From Minisyncoccia bacterium (GTDB lineage Bacteria; Patescibacteriota; Minisyncoccia; Phycocordibacterales; SBAW01): DNA of 64,000 bases. The stretch covers positions 1,111-65,110 of the forward strand of contig JBEKSG010000005.1 of NCBI GenBank assembly GCA_049997855.1, given 5' to 3'. Each line of letters starts with the position of its first letter. The stretch's first letter is position 1. The notes below the pieces were generated by a model. The model saw only the letters and a list, made by a program, of their open reading frames with translations, made no database searches and was not told the origin of the DNA. The translations under genes were made by a program, and so were the position numbers. This document shows, piece by piece, positions 46,270-55,662 of the stretch.

Positions 46270-47094
46270 TCATATATCCCCTACTGGAGAGCACAATGCC
46301 TTTATTTCTTGGAACACGGTTTCGGCTTTAGTGCCAGTAACCCCTATCCTTTCAAGAGCGTCGCGATGGCTTCTTAATGTATTGCAAAGCACTATTTTTT
46401 CGCTGAGTAGAGCCGTTTTTTCGCGCTTCGAAAGCGTGGTCAAAGCAGTAATCGGATACAGGCCGGCGCGATCTATCCGCTCGTGGAGCGTGGCGCCTTG
46501 TGGATAATCCCAACCGAGAAGACCGAGGAGCCGGCACTCGGCATAGCGCTTGGCTGTGTCGGTAAACTTGGTATTGGTGGCCACCAAACTTTTGGCATCA
46601 GGGTGCCCGGCCGCGATAATGTCCTCGATGCGCGCCTGTACATACAACACCACTTTAAGGTCGGCTTTAAAAGCGGGGCTGTTGTGAAATTTCGCTTCAA
46701 CATAGAACGTATCGCCGCCTTTGGTTGCGACAACATCCACTTCGTGCTCGACGCAATGGCCTTTGATGATTTGATCGACGGATGCATGGTATCCTTCGGC
46801 GCGATATATCTCCGCGACAAACGCCTCAAACGGAAAACCGGAAGGTCCAAAGTCGAGCATTGCGTGTTTGAGGCTGTAGCGCGCCGCTGGACCGTGCTTT
46901 TCGAAGCTTAAGTGCGCAAAAGCACGCGAATATATCTCGCTCGTGGTTATGGCTGGCCGCAACTCTTTTTCAATTTCGCGGCAGATGCGCTCTGCGGTAG
47001 CCTCATCGGCACCCGATCTACGGAGCGAGCGCATTAATTTTTCTGCTTCAAAAGGCTCGGCAGTGCCGTCCGATTTTGTAATGAGCACCGACAT
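46270..47094 (-). CDS. ATP-cone domain fused to Mrr-type (PD-(D/E)XK) restriction-endonuclease catalytic domain.
   Basis: N-terminus MSVLITKSDGTAEPFEAEKLMRSLRRSGADEATAERICREIEKEL (ATP-cone, as in NrdR / RNR allosteric domains). C-terminus FEAFVAEIYRAEGYHASV...HEVDVVATKGGDTFYVEAKFH (Mrr_cat D...ExK). Start at the internal ATG 47094; the upstream ORF-track extension overlaps the preceding gene. Confidence 0.65.
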   Translation of the reverse strand: MSVLITKSDGTAEPFEAEKLMRSLRRSGADEATAERICREIEKELRPAITTSEIYSRAFAHLSFEKHGPAARYSLKHAMLDFGPSGFPFEAFVAEIYRAEGYHASVDQIIKGHCVEHEVDVVATKGGDTFYVEAKFHNSPAFKADLKVVLYVQARIEDIIAAGHPDAKSLVATNTKFTDTAKRYAECRLLGLLGWDYPQGATLHERIDRAGLYPITALTTLSKREKTALLSEKIVLCNTLRSHRDALERIGVTGTKAETVFQEIKALCSPVGDI

Positions 47095-47102
47095 GTGGGT
47101 TA

Positions 47103-47576
47103 TTATGCGTGTATGGATTTTATCGTAGTAGGTATGATGATTCCGTTTATCGTAAGACCGTCCAACATCGCTTTTGTTCCAGACGCTACTAATACGGAAA
47201 CGGAGAAAGGCTCGTTCGTGCCACCTTCGGAGGCTTGTGCACAGGCAACGGACGGTTTTACGAGCGTAAGAAGGATGGTAACGTGCGAGGGATTTTGTCC
47301 GTTTACAGAAATTCCCTCGCCAAGTTCCTCGCACGAAGAATCAAGCGGCATCGAACCGCTGTAGGTATACGTGTTGTTTGCAAAAGCTACTTGCACTTCA
47401 ACAGGCTTCAATGTCCCTTGAGGAACATACTGCACGCTCGGTGCATCGGCTGTAGGTTGCTGATTGGATACGCCCGTACTGTTTTGTGTAAACACAGCAA
47501 TCCCCCACCAAAATGCAAATATGCACACGAAAAGCAACACCAGCGACCATGTGCTCGAGTGAGCGCGATTTTGCAT
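47103..47576 (-). CDS. Hypothetical protein with N-terminal TM anchor and small extracytoplasmic domain.
   Basis: Internal Met of ORF 47103..47738 (the upstream portion overlaps mnmA). WSLVLLFVCIFAFWWGIAVF TM helix. Confidence 0.45.
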   Translation of the reverse strand: MQNRAHSSTWSLVLLFVCIFAFWWGIAVFTQNSTGVSNQQPTADAPSVQYVPQGTLKPVEVQVAFANNTYTYSGSMPLDSSCEELGEGISVNGQNPSHVTILLTLVKPSVACAQASEGGTNEPFSVSVLVASGTKAMLDGLTINGIIIPTTIKSIHA

Positions 47577-47628
47577 ATGCGCTAAGTATAGCCTTCTCAC
47601 GTGCAGAGGAACACAAGTTATCAACACA

Positions 47629-48684
47629 TCAGCAAAGTTGGGCAGCTTCGATAATGCCGCCGCCCATGCATTGCTCGCCCCGATAGAGCACAAGCGATTG
47701 GCCGTAAGGCATGTAATGCGGTTCGTGTAACCGTGCAATTGCCTTGCCGTTTTTTATTTCAATGTCCGCGGAAATCAACGGTTGGCGATAACGAAAGCGC
47801 GCCAGGCATGGGCCGCCTCCTAAAGCACCTATCCAATTGGTGCGTGTGAGCGTAATCTCTGTATGTTTATAATGAACAGGAAAGCGCTCGGTTGAAACGG
47901 TGATTGTATTTGCGGCGCTATTTTTTGCAATGACAAAATGAGGAAGCGTATCGACTCCACGCCCGCCTATGGACGAGAAAAGCTCAAATCCATGACGCTG
48001 TCCCATCGTGTACAGTGCCGCTCCATCGTGACGACCCACTATCGTGCCCGCCTCATCAAGCACGTCGCCCGGTAAGGGCTTGAGTTCGCGCCCGATCATC
48101 TCTTCTATCGAGAGGTCGCCCAAAAAGCACAAGCCCTGGCTGTCGGGGCGAGTGGCATTGGGTAGGGCAAACTTTGCAGCCAATGTACGTACCTCTGTTT
48201 TGCGCATATCTCCTATTGGGAACAGCACATGCTTTAAAACCTTTTGCGGCACCATCCAAAGGAAATAGCTTTGATCTTTGTCGGCATCCGCCCCTTTATA
48301 GAGCAATCCGTTTTTTACCCGCGCGTAGTGCCCCGTTGCGACACACTCGACACCGCGCATGCGGGCAAACGCGTAAAAAGCGCCAAATTTTATTTTTTGA
48401 TTGCAAAGCGTATCCGGATTTGGCGTCCTCCCTTCTCGGAGCTCAGAGATGGCGTATGTAAAAACTTCATCCTTGTACTCTTTTGACAAATCAATTTCGA
48501 TAAAAGGAATCTTGAGATGTGCGGCAACACGCTGTGCGCTTATCTTGTCCTCACCTGCATTGCATGGGTAGCCTTTGAGAGCAATGCGTATAAACACGCC
48601 GGTGACCTCATGCCCTTGTTGTTGCAAAAGAGCGGCCGAGACGGCGGAGTCGACTCCTCCCGAGAGGCCCACAAATACCTTCAT
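47629..48684 (-). CDS. mnmA: tRNA-specific 2-thiouridylase MnmA.
   Basis: PP-loop SGGVDS and catalytic Cys motifs. Confidence 0.95.
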   Translation of the reverse strand: MKVFVGLSGGVDSAVSAALLQQQGHEVTGVFIRIALKGYPCNAGEDKISAQRVAAHLKIPFIEIDLSKEYKDEVFTYAISELREGRTPNPDTLCNQKIKFGAFYAFARMRGVECVATGHYARVKNGLLYKGADADKDQSYFLWMVPQKVLKHVLFPIGDMRKTEVRTLAAKFALPNATRPDSQGLCFLGDLSIEEMIGRELKPLPGDVLDEAGTIVGRHDGAALYTMGQRHGFELFSSIGGRGVDTLPHFVIAKNSAANTITVSTERFPVHYKHTEITLTRTNWIGALGGGPCLARFRYRQPLISADIEIKNGKAIARLHEPHYMPYGQSLVLYRGEQCMGGGIIEAAQLC

Positions 48685-48687
48685 AGC

Positions 48688-49737
48688 TTAATTATTAAGG
48701 TATTTTTTCTCGTTTGCCAATTGGCAGGCAAATGTCACACAGTAATGCAGGTTGCCTTGCAAGTCGGAAAGATAATAGAGATCTCTCGTTTTGGTCGGCG
48801 TCACTGCGGCCAAAATCGAGTCGAGGCTCGGGTTTGAGATTGGTCCCGGCGGCAAACCGGGATATACATAGGTGTTGTACGGCGAGTCTATTTGTAAATC
48901 AGCTTTGGTGAGCTGCAGCGAATTGACGCCAATGATGTATGGGAACACCGAATCAACCTGGAGCTTCATGCCGATTGCAATGCGGTGCCACAAAATGCCC
49001 GCTATCATCTCGCGGTCTTTGGTGGTGGCGCCCTCCTTTTCCAAAATGGAGGCCATGGTAAGAATCTGATTTTCCGGTTTGCCGAACTTGGCTATTGCAG
49101 CCGCCGTGCTCGAGGCGGTTATATGATGTTGAAAGTTGGTAAGCAAAGCATTCAGCGCCTCTTTCGAATTTTCACCCGGCAAAAAGAGGTACGTGTCCGG
49201 AAACAGCATGCCTTCGTCGGGTTTTGCCTCCTGCAAAAAAACGTTTGCATCAAAGTCGGGAATGTTTTGGGCGAGCAGGCTTGCTATCTGTGTTGAAGTG
49301 GCACCCTCGGGAATGCGCACGCGCACCGGTGTGAGCTCTCTATCGCCGCGCACCATGCGCCACACGACGGTAAAAAGATTTTCCGAACCCGGAAAAAAGT
49401 ACTCGCCCGAAACAAGGGGCGCATTGCGGCCGTACAGTCGCAACACCAGCCTAAACAAATATGTTGAGTTGATAATATGTCGCTCCTGAAGCAGTTCGGC
49501 TACCTGGCTCGGCGTTGAGCCGTCGGGCACTTTAAGGAGCGACGCGTTTGGAAAATTAAGAGGCGCGGCTATGGTAACAAAATAGACAAGGAAGACGAGT
49601 ATGCCGCCCAAAAACGCAGCCGGCAAAATGCGATCGTAAACCCGGGCCTCGCGGCACCACGCGTCGCACACGTCTCTGGTGCGGATGATGTGCTGACGCA
49701 CGCGATGATGAAGGGGGGCCGGTTTTTTAGGGTCCAT
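48688..49737 (-). CDS. mltG: Endolytic murein transglycosylase MltG (YceG-like).
   Basis: N-terminal TM; the YceG C-terminal block (DSPYNTYVYPGLPPGPISNPSLDSILA...YYLSDLQGNLHY). Confidence 0.85.
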   Translation of the reverse strand: MDPKKPAPLHHRVRQHIIRTRDVCDAWCREARVYDRILPAAFLGGILVFLVYFVTIAAPLNFPNASLLKVPDGSTPSQVAELLQERHIINSTYLFRLVLRLYGRNAPLVSGEYFFPGSENLFTVVWRMVRGDRELTPVRVRIPEGATSTQIASLLAQNIPDFDANVFLQEAKPDEGMLFPDTYLFLPGENSKEALNALLTNFQHHITASSTAAAIAKFGKPENQILTMASILEKEGATTKDREMIAGILWHRIAIGMKLQVDSVFPYIIGVNSLQLTKADLQIDSPYNTYVYPGLPPGPISNPSLDSILAAVTPTKTRDLYYLSDLQGNLHYCVTFACQLANEKKYLNN

Positions 49738-49755
49738 GAAGAAAAGAGAAAATAC

Positions 49756-51096
49756 TTATATCGGTAAGTTTGCCGGAGCCTCGGCACGGCGGCTCGGCAT
49801 GCGCTGCAAGGTTGGCGTATGCGCCACCTTGCCCGGGAAGTGCCACAACGAAGCGAGCTCCTCGGTGTTAAGCGCAATGTGGAAGTCTTTGTTGGGCGGA
49901 TAAAAATATTGCCGCGTCACGTAGCCCCGATACAATTTTGCTTTAAGCAATCGCCTGCGGATACCCATAAAATCATGCCATTTGACGTTAAAGGGGCCGA
50001 TATAAAAAATCGGTTTAAGACCGTTAAGACCAATGCCTTTTGAACCGTGCTCAAACGAGCGAAACATAGTAGGAATAGCGTTATTGCGGATGCCGCCCTT
50101 CCACACGTCTTTGCGCGCGATATAGATAGTGCGGATACCGACGTCAAAAATGGGTTTATTGAGTTTTTGCCCGATAGCTTTAATGGCTTCTTTATCATTA
50201 TCCGGCAAACGCGAAAAGTTTGGAATTGATTTGCCTTCGGCAGTTTTATCGACATATTTTTTGCCAAGCTTGTCGACTACCACCTCCGCCCACTTATTGA
50301 GCGGCAACGCACGATAATGAGCATCCTCATCGTCTTCCGACCAATAACATTTGGTGTGTCCGCGCAGGATTATCTGCGACCATACATGCTCGCCCGGGCC
50401 TATCGAGCCCATAAACTCAATGACCGAGTTAAGCGGATCACTTTTAAACTCTTCTTCAGTGTCTGCCTTGTCGAGCCCCCATGCCACGTAGGTCATGATA
50501 GGATACGGATCGGGCTTTTGGAGGCATTGTTCAACGCCCCACAAATCATAGTCGCCGGAGTTCCATGGGACTGCGAGCGTGTAATCGGACACTTCCGCCA
50601 CCTGCACCGTTGGATAATGCGCATAAAGTTGCGATTTAATCCTTTCCTTAAATTTGACGCGGGTCCATATATAAAAACGCACCGCGCCTTCGGTTGAGGC
50701 TATCTCAAGCGAAAACCACGGGCTGGTATTGCCAAACCATAAATGCGCCGGCGTATCCACTTCGCCGGTGTCGTATAGTGTTCGTATCAACAGCTCGGCT
50801 GCATAGGGGCTCTGGGTAATTTCCTCCGGAAGCTTGATTTCAAGCAATACATGCTCAGTACTCCAATATTTTTGTTGTTGTTTGTACTCAAGCCATCCAT
50901 AGGCCGCCAATATGCAAAACAGCACCGGTAATACGAACGGTGAAGACGCCAAAAGAAATCCCCATATGATCATCCATTCACCGAAGTGGAAAGGTATCCA
51001 CACAACAATAAAATACACCAACACGAGCGTGACGTATGGGACGTCCAACGCGTATTGCATGAGATTTTTTCGAAAACTCTTATAGAACTTTCCCAT
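49756..51096 (-). CDS. Hypothetical membrane protein: N-terminal TM hairpin + about 370-aa cytoplasmic domain.
   Basis: ORF track; hydrophobic N-terminus (VTLVLVYFIVVWIPF...IIWGFLLASSPFVLPVLFCILAAYGW). No recognised catalytic motif. Confidence 0.55.
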   Translation of the reverse strand: MGKFYKSFRKNLMQYALDVPYVTLVLVYFIVVWIPFHFGEWMIIWGFLLASSPFVLPVLFCILAAYGWLEYKQQQKYWSTEHVLLEIKLPEEITQSPYAAELLIRTLYDTGEVDTPAHLWFGNTSPWFSLEIASTEGAVRFYIWTRVKFKERIKSQLYAHYPTVQVAEVSDYTLAVPWNSGDYDLWGVEQCLQKPDPYPIMTYVAWGLDKADTEEEFKSDPLNSVIEFMGSIGPGEHVWSQIILRGHTKCYWSEDDEDAHYRALPLNKWAEVVVDKLGKKYVDKTAEGKSIPNFSRLPDNDKEAIKAIGQKLNKPIFDVGIRTIYIARKDVWKGGIRNNAIPTMFRSFEHGSKGIGLNGLKPIFYIGPFNVKWHDFMGIRRRLLKAKLYRGYVTRQYFYPPNKDFHIALNTEELASLWHFPGKVAHTPTLQRMPSRRAEAPANLPI

Positions 51097-51230
51097 GCAA
51101 ATATAATAACATAGTAAAATTGCACAAATCTTTTTGAGAAAAAGCTAGGTGGGGGCGTGCCACTTTTTAAGGAGCAGAGCGACTATAAAAAGTGGGGTTA
51201 AGGCTTTTTTGAGAAAAGATTTATGCGATT

Positions 51231-52274
51231 TTACTTTAACAAAGTAAACTTGCCGTCTTTGTCGCGCTTAAAGTATTTTTGATTTTGGAGGTTGACTACC
51301 ACGGTGCCCGGCTTTACATGGCGTTCTTTAAGCACCTTCTCGACAATCTGCTCGCGAGTCATGGGGCCCCCTTCGCGTAAAATATTGCGGATAACGTCGC
51401 GCACGACGCCTTCGGTATATCCCCACTCTTTGAGCGCATACATGCCGCGGCCTACCAGCACAAAACGGCTGTCTTTGATGAGTTCGTTGTGCGTGGTGGC
51501 TACATGCGCCGCGCGGTTAAACATCTTTTCGATGAGTGCGGCCACCTCTTTAAAGTGAAGCGGACTGCCGTGCTTTTTAACCGCCAAGTAGGCATAATCG
51601 CGGATGCCTTTGGTCCTGACATTGCTCGAGTTCGCCTGACCCCACTCGCCGAGCGGATTTTTCCCGACTTTTTTAGAAATCTTAAGCCAGCGTTTGATAA
51701 TCTCATCATTGCGATGCTTGTCGTTGATGTTCTGGAGCTCTTTGAGGAAGCGGTCTATCATCTCACCCTCCGGTATCAAGTCTTCATCGGAAAGGCCTTC
51801 GTACAGGTTTTTGAGCGCCGTTTCTACCTGAGTTGCAAGCTCCGCATCGACATACCAGCAACGATTGATCTCGTCGTCCTCTTTTTTGTATTTGAAGGAA
51901 TCGCCGAGCACCAGAAGGAAGTAGATGTGGTTTTGCATCGACTTGTCTTTGGTGATGAAGTTGAGCAGGTCGTCCTCGCACACGATGCCGCCAAGACTGT
52001 CGACAATGCGCTCGAGCTCTTGAAAAGCCGCTTCGGCTTCGCCAAACGCCGGCGATTTTTTGAGGCTGGCAAGCGCGTGATTTTCGATCTGGCGCACGCG
52101 CTCGCGCGTGATGCCGTATTTTTTGCCTATAGACTCAAGCGTGACGCGCTCGGGGAGCGTACCCAAACCAAAGCGCGCTTCAAGCACCATGCGCGAGCGT
52201 TCGGGAAGGCTCTGCAGCAACTTGCGCACTATCGCTTTTGGTTTAAAACCGGTTTTGTCGCCTGTAGGTGCCAT
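51231..52274 (-). CDS. Sigma-70 region-4 (HTH) domain protein with long uncharacterised C-terminal extension.
   Basis: LPERSRMVLEARFGLGTLPERVTLESIGKKYGITRERVRQIENHALASLKK is a textbook sigma-70 region 4.2, but it sits at the N-terminus. No regions 2 or 3 recognised. Confidence 0.6.
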   Translation of the reverse strand: MAPTGDKTGFKPKAIVRKLLQSLPERSRMVLEARFGLGTLPERVTLESIGKKYGITRERVRQIENHALASLKKSPAFGEAEAAFQELERIVDSLGGIVCEDDLLNFITKDKSMQNHIYFLLVLGDSFKYKKEDDEINRCWYVDAELATQVETALKNLYEGLSDEDLIPEGEMIDRFLKELQNINDKHRNDEIIKRWLKISKKVGKNPLGEWGQANSSNVRTKGIRDYAYLAVKKHGSPLHFKEVAALIEKMFNRAAHVATTHNELIKDSRFVLVGRGMYALKEWGYTEGVVRDVIRNILREGGPMTREQIVEKVLKERHVKPGTVVVNLQNQKYFKRDKDGKFTLLK

Positions 52275-52323
52275 ATATCGTGTGTCTTAATATATCACAC
52301 TCTACTGCTAGGGTCAAACACTG

Positions 52324-54663
52324 TCAATTCTCCACAACTACAAAGTTGATAATGCGCCCGGGCACGTAAATTGCCTTGGTCTCCTTCCCTTTCTTAAGCC
52401 AAGCGGCCACTTGGGGGTTGGCGCGAGCCGCGGCCAAAGCCTCCTCATCGGGAACATTTGTGGCGAGTTCTACCCTGCCGCGTACTTTGCCGTTTATCTG
52501 CACGGCAATGGTGGCCATAGAGACGGAGGTTTTTTGAGGGTCAAATTCGGGCCAAGAATCTATGGTGAACTCTAATTGTTCAGCCAGCTCGCTGGCAATA
52601 TGAGGAGCAAACGGTGCCAACAGCTGTAAAAAGGAGTTCCATTGTTTGCTGCCTACATGTTCTTCTTTTTCAATAAAATTAAGAAGTGTCATTAATTTAC
52701 TTACGGCAGTATTTAGCTTCAAATTTTCAATATCATCAGCAATTTTTTTAATACTTTGATTCAATAGTAAATCTATATCTTGATTAGGCACATCGGAAGA
52801 TTCTTTAATTTTTTGACTCAATTTCCACACACGCTCCAAAAAGCGGCGCACACCCATGATGTTGTTGGTATTCCAGGGCTTCATCGCCTCAAGCGGACCC
52901 ATAAACATCTCGTACAATCGCACCGAATCGGCGCCAAAACGCTCGGCCATGTCGTCAGGATTGATAACATTATTCCAGCGCTTGCTCATTTTACGGCTGT
53001 CCTCCGCAAGAATAATCCCCTGATGACGCAAAGTAAGGAACGGCTCGCCAAAAGTAAGGTACCCCATATCGCGCAGCGCCTTGGTATAAAAACGCGCGTA
53101 TAAAAGATGAAGCACCGTATGCTCGGCGCCGCCCACGTACAAATCAACTGGCAACCACTTTTGCAGAGCCTCTTTAGAAGCAAACTCTTTAATGTTGTGT
53201 GGATCGGCAAAGCGGAAAAAGTACCACGATGAGCACGCAAAGGTATCCATTGTGTCTATCTCGGGCTTCCAGCCTTTGCCAAAAATTGTTTCGGTGCGCA
53301 TAAATAATTCTTTAGACGTACCGAGCGGCGAAGTGCCTTTGGGTAAATACTCCACATCGGTGGGTAAAAGCCATGGCAAATGTTCATCTGGCACGGCGTG
53401 CGGCTTCCCCTCCGGATCATACACAATCGGTATAGGCGCGCCCCAATAGCGCTGGCGAGAAATGAGCCAATCCCGCAGACGATATTTTTTGACCCATGTA
53501 CCGCCAACCTCGTTTACTATTTTTTTTGCATCAGCCAGTTCTGCCTCAATAATCGGCAGATGAAATTTTTTGGCAAATTTATTATCGCGCTCGTCGTGCG
53601 CGGGCACGGCCATGATTGCTCCTGTGCCGTAGCCCTCCAAGACATAGTCGGCAATATATATCGGAATTTCTTCTTTATTGGCGGGATTGATTGCTTTGAT
53701 TCCTTTAAGTTCAACGCCCGTCTTTTCCTTCCCTTCGGCATTGCGTTCGATATCGCTCTTTACTTTGGTCACTTCGATATATCGAAGCACTTCCTCCTTA
53801 TTTTCGAGTTGTTCCAGCAAGTCTCCCAATAAAGGATGCTCGGGAGCGAGCACGAGATAAGTAGCGCCAAAGAGCGTATCCGGCCGCGTGGTGAAAACCT
53901 TTATTGAGTTAAAGGTTCGACCTTGGGAGCCTTGAGCTAAGGTCGAACCTTGGAGTATTGCAAAATCTATCTCGGCTCCTTCGCTCCTGCCAATCCAGTT
54001 GCGCTGGTTTATTTTTGTCGACTCGGGCCAGTCAACTTGGCTCAGGCCATCAACGAGTTCGTCGGCATAGTCGGTGATTTTATAAAACCATTGCTCAAGC
54101 TCCTTTTTTTCAACTTTGGCGCCGCTGCGCTCCGCCGTGCCGTCGGGCAACACTTGCTCGTTGGCAAGCACCGTTTGGTCGACCGGATCCCAATTAACCA
54201 ATGCTTTCTTTTTATATACCAAGCCTCTTTCAAAAAATTTGGTAAATAGCCACTGCGTCCAGCGATAGTACTCGGGGCTATGCGTGCCAAACTCTCGGGT
54301 CCAATCATATGAAAGGCCGAGATTTTTTATCTGCTTTCTAAATGTGTTTATCGACTCGTCGGTTGTTTTTTGCGGCGGCGTGCCGGTTTTTATCGCGTAA
54401 TTTTCGGCAGGCAAGCCGAAAGCGTCCCACCCCATCGGATGAAGCACATTAAACCCTTTTGCCCTTTTATAACGGCTGTAAACATCGGTCGCGGTGTAGC
54501 CCTCGACATGCCCCACATGCAGGCCCACGCCCGAAGGATACGGGAACATATCGAGCACATAAAACTTTTGCTTGTCCGAACCTTCGGCTGTTTTGTATGT
54601 GCCGGAGTCTTCCCACTTTTTTTGCCACTTTTTTTCAATTTTTTTGTGGTCGTACTTAGTCAT
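52324..54663 (-). CDS. leuS: Leucine--tRNA ligase (compact form).
   Basis: PYPSGVGLHVGHVEGY (HIGH), KMSKRWNN (KMSKS), CP1 editing domain. Confidence 0.97.
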   Translation of the reverse strand: MTKYDHKKIEKKWQKKWEDSGTYKTAEGSDKQKFYVLDMFPYPSGVGLHVGHVEGYTATDVYSRYKRAKGFNVLHPMGWDAFGLPAENYAIKTGTPPQKTTDESINTFRKQIKNLGLSYDWTREFGTHSPEYYRWTQWLFTKFFERGLVYKKKALVNWDPVDQTVLANEQVLPDGTAERSGAKVEKKELEQWFYKITDYADELVDGLSQVDWPESTKINQRNWIGRSEGAEIDFAILQGSTLAQGSQGRTFNSIKVFTTRPDTLFGATYLVLAPEHPLLGDLLEQLENKEEVLRYIEVTKVKSDIERNAEGKEKTGVELKGIKAINPANKEEIPIYIADYVLEGYGTGAIMAVPAHDERDNKFAKKFHLPIIEAELADAKKIVNEVGGTWVKKYRLRDWLISRQRYWGAPIPIVYDPEGKPHAVPDEHLPWLLPTDVEYLPKGTSPLGTSKELFMRTETIFGKGWKPEIDTMDTFACSSWYFFRFADPHNIKEFASKEALQKWLPVDLYVGGAEHTVLHLLYARFYTKALRDMGYLTFGEPFLTLRHQGIILAEDSRKMSKRWNNVINPDDMAERFGADSVRLYEMFMGPLEAMKPWNTNNIMGVRRFLERVWKLSQKIKESSDVPNQDIDLLLNQSIKKIADDIENLKLNTAVSKLMTLLNFIEKEEHVGSKQWNSFLQLLAPFAPHIASELAEQLEFTIDSWPEFDPQKTSVSMATIAVQINGKVRGRVELATNVPDEEALAAARANPQVAAWLKKGKETKAIYVPGRIINFVVVEN

Positions 54664-54673
54664 GCACTCAATA

Positions 54674-55645
54674 CTAGTTGACCGTATTTTTGATTATTGG
54701 ATAGAGCGCCGGGTCGATTGTGCGGATAAAGCACACTTGGCCCGCTCCATGCTGCCAGTTGTTGCCTATCGTGTTAACGCTATCAGCGCCGTTTATGGCG
54801 GGCATCGGCATATTTGCGTAGCCGCTCGTCGGCTGAGGTTCGCCGTTGCTGTCGCGGTTAAAAACGGCGCACAGCTCAAAAGTATGCGCTCCGTTTACGA
54901 TATAGTGGTATGCCTTTCCGCTCTGCGAGTCCACGGGCACGCTGTAATTGGAAATAGAGTCATTAAGTTGGTTAAGTGTCGAAGGCAGCACCCCTTTGTG
55001 CTGCCAGTAATACACAATCTGCGATTGAATGTTTTCCAAGTCGGTAACTTTTTGCGCATCAAAAAGCGCAGCCCTCGCTTGCATCGGCGTACCGACGATA
55101 AAAAATCCCGCAACAATGGTGAGCACCACCAAGAGGCCGGTACCGTAGCCCACGCGGTGTGCGCGCTCGGGAAATTCCTCCCAGTAGCCGTACAAATCAG
55201 CGACAAAGTGCATACATATCCCAACCGCTACCAAGAACACCAGCGCCACTTTTAAAAGGAAAGGCGCGGTGAGTGTCTCGCCGCTGAGGAAGGTAGTGAG
55301 CAACACAATGAGGTCGATAGCGGCCGTGAGAATGGCGATAAAAAGCGTCAGAACAAGCGACCAGCGGCGCACCCACACCTCGCGGCGGCTCGCGTCGCGC
55401 GCAATGTCGCGGTGGATAAACCACATCAGCGCCAAAAAGAGTGGAAACATCACGATGAGCGACGCCATCTCGTAGCTGATGCCGCTTTGATATGGGTCGG
55501 TGTAATAGGTTTGGAGCGGATTTGGAAAAGCGTAATTGAGATAATCAAATACAAGCTCCAAAAAAGCAAAAACGCTTACATACAGGGATATTATCGCGCC
55601 CGCCCACAAGAAAAAATCCTTCGGCGTTGTTCTTGGTTTGTCCAT
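54674..55645 (-). CDS. Hypothetical polytopic membrane protein with C-terminal extracytoplasmic domain (DUF5671-like architecture).
   Basis: Five or more TM helices followed by a soluble Cys-containing C-domain. Family assignment is from memory and is low confidence. Confidence 0.5.
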   Translation of the reverse strand: MDKPRTTPKDFFLWAGAIISLYVSVFAFLELVFDYLNYAFPNPLQTYYTDPYQSGISYEMASLIVMFPLFLALMWFIHRDIARDASRREVWVRRWSLVLTLFIAILTAAIDLIVLLTTFLSGETLTAPFLLKVALVFLVAVGICMHFVADLYGYWEEFPERAHRVGYGTGLLVVLTIVAGFFIVGTPMQARAALFDAQKVTDLENIQSQIVYYWQHKGVLPSTLNQLNDSISNYSVPVDSQSGKAYHYIVNGAHTFELCAVFNRDSNGEPQPTSGYANMPMPAINGADSVNTIGNNWQHGAGQVCFIRTIDPALYPIIKNTVN

Positions 55646-55662
55646 ATAAAAATAATTAGCGA

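Noticed and set aside
51160-51195. AT-rich 10-bp inverted repeat CCACTTTTTA ... TAAAAAGTGG downstream of the sigma-region-4 gene as a terminator.
   Set aside because: The stem is AT-rich and not followed by a clean T-tract on the transcribed strand. Noted only as a possible regulatory site in finding 11.
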